Positions 1 through 13,585 of a stretch of DNA of 64,000 nt are shown here, piece after piece. The first letter of the stretch is position 1. Every line of letters begins with the position of its first letter. The stretch is from the human T2T-CHM13v2.0 reference genome, Homo sapiens, in assembly GCF_009914755.1 (NCBI RefSeq), contig NC_060925.1. One strand, 5' to 3'. The notes under the pieces were generated by a model. That model did not search any database. It was not told the DNA's origin and saw only the letters and a program-made list of their open reading frames with translations. The translations under genes were made by a program, and so were the position numbers.

Positions 1-2266
1 GTAGTCTTTATGGTTTTGAAACTTTTGCTTCAGTCACCCTGAATTTTGCCAGCCATAGACATGCCATACCTTGGATTGCCAAACTGCCCTCACTGGAGCC
101 AATTTCTCTGGTTAGAATAGTTGTCCCAACTCATGCTTAATACTCTAGTAAGCAAGGTTCCACCTGGGCTCAGGTTAACTTTTCTCCTTTGGGCCCTGTG
201 TTCTACCAGCATTCCATTTATCTGAAACCCTCCCTCACCTCATCAAGATCTTATCTGGTCTTTAATGATTTACTCTGCTGCTTCCTGGGTTCTAAAGAAC
301 CCAGTTCAGGAGTTCCTCTTTCAGTTCGAGATCTTATTGGCCTGTCTCGTCAGGTTGGTGTCAGCCCAGCTAGGATTAAGCAGAATGGGGTTGGGGGTTG
401 TAGTGCACTTTTGACACAGCGTGTACCTGGCTGACTACTTCTCTGTCTTTTTTTTCCTATTGCAATTCATGAGTCTCAGCATCTTCTGAATGGTGTTTAG
501 TAGGTCATCATGTTGAGTTCCTGCTCTAGGGAGTAGCATACTCTGGCTCTGTATCATTGGCAAAGGGATTTAAGGTTAGATGATAGGCTGCAGTTTTGTT
601 AAATGGAACAATATGAAGAGATGGCATTATAAAGAGGCTTGGCAGCAGGGCCCATTTGAATGGTTGGTTCTTGATTCCCATGTTGATATAGGCAGATCCT
701 TGACAGGAATTTTGAATGGTCCCAAATGTGGTAAATCGCTGGTACATCAAGTCATCCTCAAAGTTGTCTGTGTAACTGTGTTGAATGCAGTTTTGTGAAT
801 CTCTGGTGATTGTCTGTATAGGGCTTCATCATTTAGTTATTTTAGTTGAGCCTGTTTAACTTCTTCAAGAAGATAAGATATGTGAAAGAGATGCAGACAG
901 TAGGGAAAAAGCTAGGAGCTTTGCTCCCCCATCCTCTACTTGGGTTCTGGAACTGGACTCATAGGTGAGTAGTGAGGAGCTGGGCTCAAGCGAATTAATC
1001 CCGGATCTAGCTGTGCTATGTGTTCGCTCCAGTCCTTGTGTCAAAGTTCACTTTGAGCCACTCAGAGTAGCGTGTAGAGTGGTCATTCAGGACTGTGCTA
1101 ACTTACACTTCATTGTATCAAATGGGAGATCCAGTAATTTATAGTCTATTATTTCTGGAGTCTGGAGATGACTCTGTATAAGCTTTGCTGAAGCAGATTT
1201 TATTACATTAGAAGAGAACCTACCTGGCTGCATCCAACACCAGAAGCTTTTAGATGCTAAGTAAGGAGGTCATAGTAAAGGTAACAGAATGACTCTGGAA
1301 CCCATTACCCCACCCAAGAAGGGGAGTAATGAATTCCGGGTTGCCCTCTTTTCATTTCCCTTTGATTTTGAGTAATAAATTCCCTTCTTACTTCCCAGCT
1401 GAACAATTTGGGAGTCTGTATTCCCTAGAAAGACTGTTCACATACCCATCAGACTAAATTAGGTGAAATCTCTTTGGCCTTAATGAATGTTGAAGGATTT
1501 TAAAGGGCTAATGGAAATTCTTCTAGAAGTAACAATTCCCATTCTATTGGTGAGGCAGTTCTAAAGAAAGTCCCTGAACCTCTTAGGTTATTTTGTACAG
1601 CAAAAGAACCAGCATTGGGTTTTCTTTGCTAATAGATGACAGGGAGAATGTAGACACTTGGAATCCATGGAGAATCCCTAAGTTGCATTTTAGCCTTCAT
1701 GTTATGTCTCCTTCCCTAACCTTTTTACCAGAGCTGATCACAGGAAACAGCATGATAGATTTGCATGACCTAGCTCCCTGCCTTCTCCTGCCATTCTTTT
1801 AGAAAGTGGTGAGTGGCTGCCTGCCAGGTAAAATCTGGGTGACAAAATCCAAAGTTAGATTCAGAGTTATAAGCATAGCCCCCACCCAAGTTGCTTCCAG
1901 AGAAAAGAAAGGAAGAGTGTTGTGTAAAATCTTGCTTCTTTGCCTTTAAATTGGGTACTTATTGAGTTACCACATTAGAATCGTGCATTGTGCTAGTTGT
2001 TGTACTCCTGTTGATTGATTAATTTCATTCTACATTCATGGAACACCAACAATGTGCCTGGTACTATGCTGAGTACCTGAGATAAAAAGATAAACAGGAG
2101 TTGGTCCTTACCACTTAGAGCTCACAGTCTACTACTGCGAGAGTGTGGGAAGGTGTGATAAGAGCTATAGTGGTCTTGCCACATAATTTGCATTTGTATC
2201 TTAAAGCCAGTGGGGAACCATGGAAATATTTTAAGCAGGGGAGTGACATGATTCATTTGCATTTTA

Positions 2267-2602
2267 CTTTTTTTTTTTCTTTTATGAGACAGAGTCTTGC
2301 TCTGTCGCCCAGGCTTGAGTGCAGTAGTGTGATCATAGCTCACTGTAACCTCAGACTCCTGGGCTGAAGTGATCCTCTTGCCTCAGCCTGTTAAGTAGCA
2401 GGGACTACAATTGTGCACCACTACACACTGCTATTTTTTTTTTTTTTTTTTTTTTGAGATGGGGTCTCACTCTTGTTTCCCAGGATGGAGTGCAGTAGCG
2501 TGATCATGGCTTGCTGCAGCCTCACCTACCTGGGTTCAAGCGATCCTTGTGCCTCAGCCTCCCAAGGTGCTGCGATTACAGGTGTGAGCCACTATATTTG
2601 GT
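2267..2602 (-). mobile_element. Two adjacent old Alu monomers (FRAM/FAM/AluJ-like), each with its own poly-T
   Basis: T-runs at ~2267 and 2434, each followed by gagac/gagatgg...ccagg...gagtgcagt Alu arm sequence. Confidence 0.8.
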
Positions 2603-2831
2603 CTCATTTGTATTTTTGAAAGATCACTGGTGGCAGTGAAGATACCAGTGGGTTGGAGGGAGGGAGACTAGAGGCAATAACAGTTTAGATAATAGATATT
2701 TACTGAGCCCCTGCTAAGTGCCAGGCACCGATCCAGGTGCTGGGAACCTAGGGGGTGAGTGAATAAGACAGTCTCTGCCCTCATGGAGCTTACATTCTAA
2801 TAGTGGTAGAGTAGTGTGGTGGTAGGAAAGC

Positions 2832-2835
<4 letters not shown>

Positions 2836-2879
<44 letters not shown>
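2836..2879. repeat. (TA)n microsatellite
   Basis: About 22 TA units. Confidence 0.97.
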
Positions 2880-2880
<1 letters not shown>

Positions 2881-3282
2881 TATATGTATACATGCAACAA
2901 ATGATATTTTTTCAGATGGTGATAAGTAATTTGAAAAAATAAATAAATAGAGCTATGGGAGTTAGAGTGTTTGGGCATTGGGATGGGTACTAATGGGAAT
3001 GGGCAGTGAAGGCCTCTCTGAGGAGGTGATATTTGAGCTGAGGCAGCTATGAGAAGACCTAGGCAAGAGTGGTCCTGATGGGTAGAACGGCAAGTGCAGG
3101 GACCTAAGATGTGAACAGGCTTGGCACGGTGCGTAAGCACCGTAAAGATGGTCAGAGTAGCTGGAGCATGGTGGAGCCCAGAGGAGCAAGTAATAGTCAG
3201 TTGAGGGTGGAGCACATTCTAAGCCATGGGAAGGAATCTGGATTAATTCCAGTGGAGTAAGAAGCACTGTGATTAATTAAAT

Positions 3283-3502
3283 CAGGGGGTCAGCAAACTA
3301 CAGCCCATGGGTCAAATCTGTCCTGCTGCCTATTTTTATGAATAAGCCATATTGGAACAGTCATACCCATGGGTTTGTATATCGTCCATGGCTATTTTTA
3401 ATGTTACAAGAGCAGAGTTGAGTAGTTTCAACAGAGAACATATGGCCCAGAAGCCTAAAATATTTACTATCTGGCCTTTATAGAAAGAGTTTACTATCCC
3501 TG
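3283..3502 (+). mobile_element. MER58A-like hAT DNA transposon with perfect 8-bp TSD
   Basis: Termini caggggg...tccctg, flanked by AATTAAAT at 3275-3282 and 3503-3510. Confidence 0.88.
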
Positions 3503-4462
3503 AATTAAATGATCTAATTTAAGTTTTGAGGAGACACTCTGGCTACTGTTGAGATAATTAATGGTAGGAGACAAGAGTATATCTGAATAGTTCAGATAAG
3601 AAATAACTAGATGTTGAGCCACCAGAAAGCAAAGATCACACCGTTTTTGTTCTGTTTAAAAACACCTAGGTATGCTTTATACTCATTAAATATTGTTGAA
3701 TGAATGATGAGATGCTGAATAAGGGAGTGCCAGTGAATATGAAGGGGAAGTGAGGTTTTGAGAAATATTTAGGAGGTAAAAAATCAGTGCAGCTTATTGT
3801 TGACAAGGTGAATAGAAATAGGAGTAGGACAGAAGGAGGACTGTAGATGCCCTTCAGGCTTCTGGTTCAGGGATCTTGGTGCATGGTTGGTGTTCCATGA
3901 ACCTAGAATGAAATTGATCAATCAACAGGCTATTAACTGAGACAGGAGAAGTGGAGATACAAAGAGCATACACTGCCAGGAAGAAGGAATTAATCTTTGG
4001 ACATGAGACTCCCGGGACATCCAGGTAGAGATGTCTAAAAGGTAGTTGGAAAGACAGAGCTCGGTGGCATGATGCGTAGACTTATGGTAACCAGAATTCT
4101 GGAGTCGTTAGCTAGTGTGGGCTCTCCTAAGAAGGGTGTGTGATGAGAAGGTCAGGGTTGGATTTCATAAGGCATTCATTTCCATTACATTTTGGATCCA
4201 GAGAGGAGGCAAAGGTAAACTAGCTGTGTGGACAGTTTGCATCAGTCAGTCAGTCAGATCATCCCATGACCATGGCATATTTTTTCTGCAGAAGCTGATA
4301 GGCTCAGATGAAGCCTTGCCTTATCTGTTCCTCTGGCTGCCAACCTCTTTCTCTTAGTTGGGTTGACTGGGGCAGTGGTGGAGGTTTCTTCCCAGACTCT
4401 CTGCTAAGGTTGGAACATTTGTGGCCTTTTAATTCTGTAGGTGATTCATATTTGCATTTATC

Positions 4463-4752
<290 letters not shown>

Positions 4753-4861
4753 TGTTTGCATTTATCTAGTTGAGGCTATGGGTAGGTAGAAGTGTCTAGT
4801 TGTTCTTGGTGTTTTGTTAGAGCAAGAACTCTCTGACCCAAGGGTTAGGTAAGTGGCTAAG

Positions 4862-4934
4862 TTTTATTAAACATTGTTAAATATTAATAAATTTATTAAA
4901 TATTATTAAATATTATTAAATTTATTAAATATTG
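4862..4934. repeat. AT-rich minisatellite (TTATTAAATA)n, about 7 degenerate units
   Basis: Directly visible. Confidence 0.85.
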
Positions 4935-7900
4935 TGGGTTCTTTTAACCCACAAAGCTAGATAAACCCATTAGAAGTCCTGAACAATAGCTTCCCCTTTC
5001 CTTTTTGTCTGGGGAAGGGGAACCACAGAAATACTTAATAAAAAAGCACTTGTGCTGAAAATGGTCTTAAAACTGGATGCAAATCTCCCCTTTACAGAAG
5101 TTCATTATGAAAATCCAAGGATGAAATCAACATTGTAAAGGGAGTAGGGAAGGAGGACCACTCTCTATCCCGCTCTTCCACCCCCCTCATATTTTTTCAG
5201 CATACTGTCACACCTCTGTTGTTTGTACATTTTTAGAAGACACTTTTTGAACACATTTTAACCCCGTCTTACATATAATATTCAAATTTTAGGGTCCCAT
5301 GTTTTATGAGTTTCTCCTTTTCTAAAGAAACAGTTGAGTAATAGTTTTGCTACTCCTCTAACCTAAATTATTCCTGTCATGAGGTTAGTGACTTCTGACA
5401 GGCAGAGGTAAGTAGTTTAAAGCCTGATTACCTAGTCCCAAAGTGGACGAAATGGAGCCTTGAACCAAATAAATAGGTAGTAAAGGTAAATTTAAAATAT
5501 GAAAAAAATTTTTTTGAAAGGCATATGTTGACGAGTATTATTTCCACTCCTGTCTGGTCCACCCTGTAGAACCCCTGCTCCTTATTGTGGGTGTCACTCT
5601 TAATAGTTCCTTATATATCTGTGCAGTGTTTCTTTATGTAAATAAAAGGAGATATGAACATATGTTCTTACCCCTCCACGTTCTTTTACATGAAAGGTAA
5701 ATCATTATCTAACCTGTTGTGTACTATTTTGTCCTTAACAGTATGTCTTGGGGATCTTTCCTTGTTGGTACAGAGAAAGCTTTCTCATTCGTATATCAGA
5801 GCTGCATAGTATTCCATTGTGTGGATGGCTGCCTCCTACTTTATTGAATCAGTTCCTTACAAATGTGCACTTGAGTTGTTTCCAGTATTTGCTATTACAA
5901 GCAATACTTCAGTGAACAAAGGCAGCTTTTTAAAGGGTCGCACAGCACTGCATATGCTACTTAAAATGAGATTATTATTCTTCATTCTTAGAATGCCAGT
6001 TGGTTTTGTTGGTTGATAAATTCCCAATTACTCGTATTCATGAGTGCAACATTGATGATGAATGTGACATCCCTTCATAACTTAAGAATCATTAGTATGA
6101 CTGCCCCATGGAGGCATACTGTTCTATCTCAGGTTTATTTCAATAATAAAACCTTTGGAAATTTTAATAATGAAACCTACTTAAGACCCTTTGCTTAAGA
6201 AGTCTGAATCACTGATCACTGCAATTACTGCCATGGCAGCTGTAGAGCAATTTAACAGGATAATAGTGAATAAGATAAATTACACTTCAGATTCTTAATG
6301 GATTGATGTGCAGAAGTATGCAAGGGAAGATGGGGGTGGGAGAGGAGCACCTTTAAAATTTCAGCACACAGTAATAAAATAGGGAACTGGGCCATTGTAG
6401 CCGTTACTACTAGGAGTTAGTAATCTCGTACAAACCTCTGGGGCTCTGTGGTGGGTAGAATGTCCTGTTTATTATAGACAACAAATTGGGTTAATTCTCT
6501 TGTTTGTGTGCCTCTGTGGAGTGGGTGGAAATTCTAGGTGACTTGCTAATTGTCTTATTTGGAATACTCCCGTTTCTACTAAAGAATTAGTATCTTTGGT
6601 ATAAAAATAAGGAGGCAGACCAGTTTTACAAATAGCTGCTGGCCAGGAGAATAACAGTTTCTGCCAGGTGAGCAGTTAAAAAAAAGGCAGACTGGAAAAA
6701 TAACTGTGGAATGGTGTTTCTTATTTACAAGGCTAACATAAAGTCTCCCTGTGTGTTGGGGATGGGGGAGGGGACGGATTGGCTAAGAAGTAAGTACGGT
6801 GCTTGCTTTGTATGTCCCTCGATTTGTGTTTAGGGGAGAATAGTGAGGATGTGGTCATACGGGTAGGCGTGGGGCCCGAGGAAGGGGTCCAAGGAAGCAA
6901 ATCCAGGAGACTTGGCTGCAGTTCTACCCTTATGGGCATTCCTTGGCACTTGGTCACACTGTGGACACCTCAATATCTGCTGGGTATTGATCTTGTATAC
7001 CTTCATTCTCAGTACAAAACCCTTAGCACCCATTATCTCATTCTTCCCCACCAAAGCCCTTGGAGATGAAGAGCAGGAGAATGAAGTCTTTTCTCTCTTA
7101 ATGTTTAATCAGCATTAACACACCTTTAAGTGCCATTGGATTTAGAGCAGTGTTGTTATTAAAGCAAACTAAATTGTCTTGAAGTGTAGAAAGCACTTTT
7201 AGAAAAAGAAGCAAGGTTAGGCTGAGAGAACAAGACAGATGAAGTTACTCCTCTGAGCTGGAAAAGATCTTGTGTCAAAGGAGGAAGCCTCAGAGATAAT
7301 CTGGGCCAGAAGATTCTGTGTTCAAATCCTGGTTCTGCCTCTTGGTCAAGTTATATAACCTCCGATTTATAATTATTTAAATCTGTAAAGTAAAGAGAGT
7401 GATATCTACCATGCAGTGTTTTTGTTTTTTTTTTTTTTTGAAATGATTAAATGAGATAATAGAAATAAAGTTGGCCCTCAATAGGTGGTAGCTGATACTA
7501 TTAATATTATTAACAGAGGGTCTTCTAAAGAATCTCATGATAGTTTTGGAGCAAAGGAAGGCACTCTCTTTTACATGAGGAGATTGGTACTTCTGGCAGT
7601 AAATCAAGAGGGCTGCCTTTAGGGTTGGGAAGCATATTGACAGTATTGGAGGAAGGTGTTAGTTGCCATGGCAACTTGGGAATTCATTTGGAGGGAGAGT
7701 TGTGACTGGAGGTTATCTCACTGTAAGAGACTGACTGGTGGAGATTAAAAAAAAAAAAAGCTTGTCTGGCAGGAATGAAATCTTTCTTGCTGTATATCTG
7801 CAGGAAATACCAAGAGATGTGCTCTAGAGAAAGTTCCAAACATGAGTCAGAATGATGTGCAGGCCTTCTTCGGTAATGGGTGGTTGTGTCTTAGTGGGCC

Positions 7901-8429
7901 TAAATGCTGCCACCAGTTGATTGCTTTTGTTCGCATGTATTACTTTGGTAAAAAAATAAATGTATGAATGGGATTTCAGTGAACAGGGTTTTATCGTGGG
8001 TTTTTTTTTTTTTTTTTTTTTTGTCTTCTGAAAACATGACGTCAAATTGTTGGATATTTTCCTACAGTTGGTTTAGTCCCCAAGAAGGTTTTAGTAAAAG
8101 AGCATGAATACAGAGCGTACCTGAATCATTTACCTTGTTCCTAAGGTAAATGACATAAGGAATACAAGTATTTCCTTTTGATTGGGCAATTAAGACTTTT
8201 TTTTTTTCCTATAAAGGTTCTCCTGATAGTGCCACTTGATTACTGATTTTGAAAAGCCTCTTGGTATGATGTACTTAATGTCCATTGTTAGTTTGTCTGC
8301 TTGTTTAGTACATCTGCTGTTATCTGTTACCTTCTGATTGCAGCCTTGCCTGGAAACAGGGCTGGACCAAATGAACCCCTTAAAACAGCAAGATTCTGGA
8401 GTCGCTATTTAATTTTTTACAGGCTTCCA

Positions 8430-8775
8430 GTGCTTACTCACATCTATTTCCTTCCTTCCCTTTCAAGTTAGGGGTACCATTTGACTTGCATTGGCCAGCA
8501 AAATGTGGCCATACATGGCAATTCTGGGCAGAAGCAGTTGCCAGTATGGGACAGTTCAGTGCTCTCTTTTCTTGCCTTGGTGATGGTGAAAGTTTGTGAG
8601 CAGGTGGAACCTCTGTCAATCTGAGCTCTTGACCTACAATGATGGAAAGATTGCCCCTCCCTGACCCTTGTTGGACACACAGCATAAAAAATAAATGAGC
8701 TTTTGTGAGGTTAAGCCACTGAAATTTTGGGGGTTAGTTGTTCATGCAGCAGAACCCAGCCCATTCTTACTGCCT
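8430..8775 (+). mobile_element. MLT1-type (ERVL-MaLR) LTR fragment
   Basis: 3' motif ttaagccactgaaattttgggggttagttgttcatgcagcagaacccagccc. Confidence 0.6.
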
Positions 8776-11372
8776 TAATAGTCATTTAATACATATGTAT
8801 TGAGTATTTAACTTTGTGCTGGGCACTGTTAGGTTGGGGATATAACAGTGAACAACACAGAAGTCTCTTCTCTAATGGAGATTACATCTATGAGGGAGAC
8901 ATAATAAATAAACTAAGATAATTAAATATTGAGATAAGTGCTATAAAAGAAAATAAACAAGATCATGTGATAGAAAAATCTCCAAAGAACAAAGAGGCTA
9001 TGAGAAGGAAATGGGAATCCCCCAGGACTCTTATTAATGACTTTTAATATTTCCCTATATGTCTTAAGACTCTGGATACTTCTAGAGTAGTTTCTTATGC
9101 CTTGGAAAGGGGATAACACTGAAGGCAAGAAAGCAATGTGTTGTATTACTTGGTAGCATGTGACAAAATTAAATAACTAGTGTACTCCAAAATAAATGAC
9201 AACCGAGAATGATATTAGTTTGCTCTGCATCTTTAGAAACTCATTAGTGTCCTGCTGGGTTTAGTGGAAGATGAAATCTGAGCTTTGTTTATGTGCTGTG
9301 TTAAGCCCCTCCCCGAGGGCATCCATCTTCAGCATTCAGACTTTCCAGAGATCTAGTTGCTTAGTAGGTACTGATCCAGTTTAATTGTATTAACCAGACT
9401 CTCACACTGGGGAGAAGTGGAATGCAAATTGATGCATAATGCTTATATCTTGCATAATATAATTTTGGAAGGAAATAGAATGATGGCATATTTCCTTAAA
9501 TCTTAAATGCTCTCCAGTGAAAACTTTGAGAATGGTTATAACTTTTCTGGAAGAAACATAGGGATAGAGCTCAGGTCTGATCATTGAGGAACATTAGGTT
9601 CAGTGCCAGTTGGCAATGATGATTTACTTTGTGTGACCGTAAGAAATCTCTTGGTACGAGGGTGGGCAGCACCTATTCTGCCTTGATAGGAAGAAATGAG
9701 AAAAGTGTTACTTGGGAGTTGTAATGGGGAAAGGAGAGCTTTATCTGCTTTTCTTTTCTTCCTTTTCTTTGGGGCAAACCAAAGCAATGAGAATAGGAGA
9801 AGGTCAGGAGAGGAGGCATGTCTAAATGACAGTTATAAGGAAGAATCAATTCATTCAAAAACTTTGGGCACTGGAAGAGTATGGGCTGTTTAATTCTATG
9901 TCCAAACTGGGAAACATGCTTTTGCTACTGCAATGAAGGGAATTCAGAGTGATGTGCATGGTGACATTTGCCCCTCATCCATCAAGCCAGTCTTATGATC
10001 ATCCCTGGAGGAAGATTGAGAATCTCTAAACTGGGGCTCAGATTTTTCTTTCTGTCTCGAATATTTTAGTCATCTCATGTTGGCACATACTCTAAAAATC
10101 TGATCTGGGTGAAACTCCAGGGAAGTAGGAAAAATTGATCAAAGTAAGAACAGCATTGAAGACACACACATCCTTGCAAATATATGGGTTTATTGATACA
10201 GTGTAAATTTCCGTGCCAGGACACATGCCAACAGTTTAATGATGTGTATATAGCAAAGTCCCTTGTTAACCCCATTCAGAAACTCTAAAATGAGTTGCAA
10301 GGCTGAAAGTATTGAAGCCAAAGGCCAAAAACAATGATCATGTTACCTAGGATCTCATGAATAATTCAGCTGAGTTTAATGCTTTTTCCATGGTGAAACT
10401 AAAAAGCTGAAATATTTGGCATAATGTAGACAAATTGTACCCCGCTTCCTTTTGGGAGGATGGTTGGTCATGAGGAATGTAAGGAAGGGTGGAGAAAAAT
10501 AAGGAATCTTTTCATATTTGTTTTAACCAAATATATGGAATCTCTCAACATTCCACCTCTAAAGAAGTAAAAATATAAAAATTCAAGTTGGGGATTTAAA
10601 GATGTTCTCTTTGAATGTTCATTAATAGCTGAAGATTTGGGCTTGAGAGGCACTTAGAAAATTGCTCCTAAAGTCCTAGAAAGACGGTCACAGAAATACC
10701 AAGAGAGAAGGAATGCTTGATATTCTTGGTGATAGGAATCACCAAGAATAGTGTATTGGTCTGTTTCAGAAAAATAATAGTAATTAGAGATGAACAAAAG
10801 AGCATGTGGATATTTTTGAAAGTTGTGTGCAAATTGAATTACTGTAAATCTAATCATAATTTCAAGGCATTAGAAAAGCATTATAACAAAACCTGCCAGA
10901 AGATTAGAATTATTTTTCATAAAGTGAACGTGTTTTTTTCTCTCCAGCTTAATTTTTAAACCTAGGTTTTGGTATATTGATTTAACTTAAATTGAGACCT
11001 CTGCCATTCAGGGGATAAAGCTCTGGACATTCTACATCCTTAGACTTCAGTTCTTGCCTCTTAAATAGGTAAACTCTCCTATTTCTTTCTACTTTTCTCC
11101 TAAAAATAATGAGAAGATAAGCAAGTTAATAGAATCTAAGAATGTTTGAGCTGGAAGGTGCTTAGAGATCATCTAGTGCAGGTCACTCATTTGACTGAAA
11201 CTAAGACCTAAAGAGGTTATGTGACTCTTCAGAGTCTCCAGTTATAAAAGAGAAGGCAAATTATTATGAATAGGGCAAACATAACTCAAAGAAGGCATTC
11301 TTTTTATTAAAAAATATGGGAAAGGAAACAGACCTGGCTGGCATGGCCCATTGTTTTCATTCTCTATGTTTC

Positions 11373-11688
<316 letters not shown>

Positions 11689-11959
11689 TAAAATATGATG
11701 AGATGCCTGGACATTCAGCTGCCATCTTGTGATGTGAAGTGCTGTGTTAACTCACTGAAGAAAAATAGATGGAGCCCTGCATCCTTAATGACAATCATCA
11801 AGCTGCCTTACCAGCTATGCTTGTCCCTCCTCCAGGTTTCTTCATTGGAGGTCTTCTTCTGGATATCATGGACAATATAATTCCATAAGGAATAATCCAA
11901 AATTGGGACAAAATTTTGGTAATCTGTTTGAAGTCAGTGGAGAGCTAACAAAGCAGTAG

Positions 11960-12396
<437 letters not shown>

Positions 12397-13194
12397 ACTT
12401 TCAAACATTCATGGTGCTAGAGGCTCAAAATTTAGGACCTGCCAAGGAGAGTGGGCCGTGGCAAATATCTTTGGCTTTGGGTTGCTATTCTGAGGTGCTG
12501 AACTTTAGGATCGAGTATGAACGGAAAATTGACTAGCCCTCATAGAGACTGAGGCCCAGCTTCATACCCTCTCATTCCCTGACTGGGTTAAGGATCTTGA
12601 TTGGATGGCCAGTTTTCTTAGCTCCATCTCAGAAGCAAAGGACGATCCTCTTGGAGAAGTCTTAAATTATTTCTCTAATTTCTATATTTTTTCATATAAA
12701 ATGTCCAGTATGCAGTTAAAAACAGCCAGGCATATGAGGTAACATAACAAAATAATTTGAAACTAAGAGACGTAATAAATAATAGAAACAGATCCACAGA
12801 GTATCCAGATAATGGAGTCATCAGGTATGGATTTAAAAATAACTTTTCAAAATATGTTTAAGGGTAAGATAAAAACAAGATATATTATTTTGGCAGAGAA
12901 CTGGAAATTCAAAACTGGATAAAGTGACAAATATAAAACTAAAAATATAATAAATGAAAGTAAGAATTTAGTGGATGGGTTTTATGCAGAGTGAATAGAA
13001 AAGAGTGATGGATGAATTCTCAATAGAAAAAAAGGAATCCAGAAAAAAATGGATTTATATCTTCAAAATAAGGAAAATAACATACAAATAAAATTCTCTA
13101 CAGTGTGAAAATATCCTTTAAAATGAAGGTGACAAGTTCTTCCATGCAAATATGATTTGGGAAAATTTTAACAAAAGGGCTTATGATGAACATG

Positions 13195-13197
<3 letters not shown>

Positions 13198-13240
<43 letters not shown>
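13198..13240. repeat. (TA)n microsatellite
   Basis: About 21 TA units. Confidence 0.97.
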
Positions 13241-13243
<3 letters not shown>

Positions 13244-13585
13244 AAATTATACTTTAAGTTCTAGAGTACATATGCACAATGTGCAGGTTTGTTACATATG
13301 TATACATGTGCCATGTTGGTGTGCTGCACCCATTAACTCTTCATTTACAATAAGTATATCTCCTAATACTATCCCTCCCACCTCCCCCCACCCCATGACA
13401 GGCCCCTGTGTGTGATGTTCCCCATCCTGTGTCCAAGTGTTCTCATTGTTCAGTTCCCACCTATGAATGAGAACATGCCGTGTTTGGTTTTTTTTTTCCT
13501 TGCGATAGTTTGCTCAGAATGATGGTTTCATCCATGTCCCTACAAAGGACATGAACTCATCCTTTTTTATGGCTGTATAGTATTC
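13244..13585 (-). mobile_element. 5'-truncated L1PA 3' end with TSD
   Basis: ttatactttaagttctag...tgcacaatgtgcaggtttgttacatatg; TSD aacatgga(c/a)tatat...tttt on both sides. Confidence 0.95.

Larger units (their letters stand above)
2010..4130 (-). mobile_element. Fragmented L2 LINE pieces interrupted by Alu, (TA)n and MER58
   Basis: L2 3'-end motifs (tatttactgagcccctgctaagtgccaggcac...gccctcatggagcttacattcta). Boundaries approximate. Confidence 0.6.
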
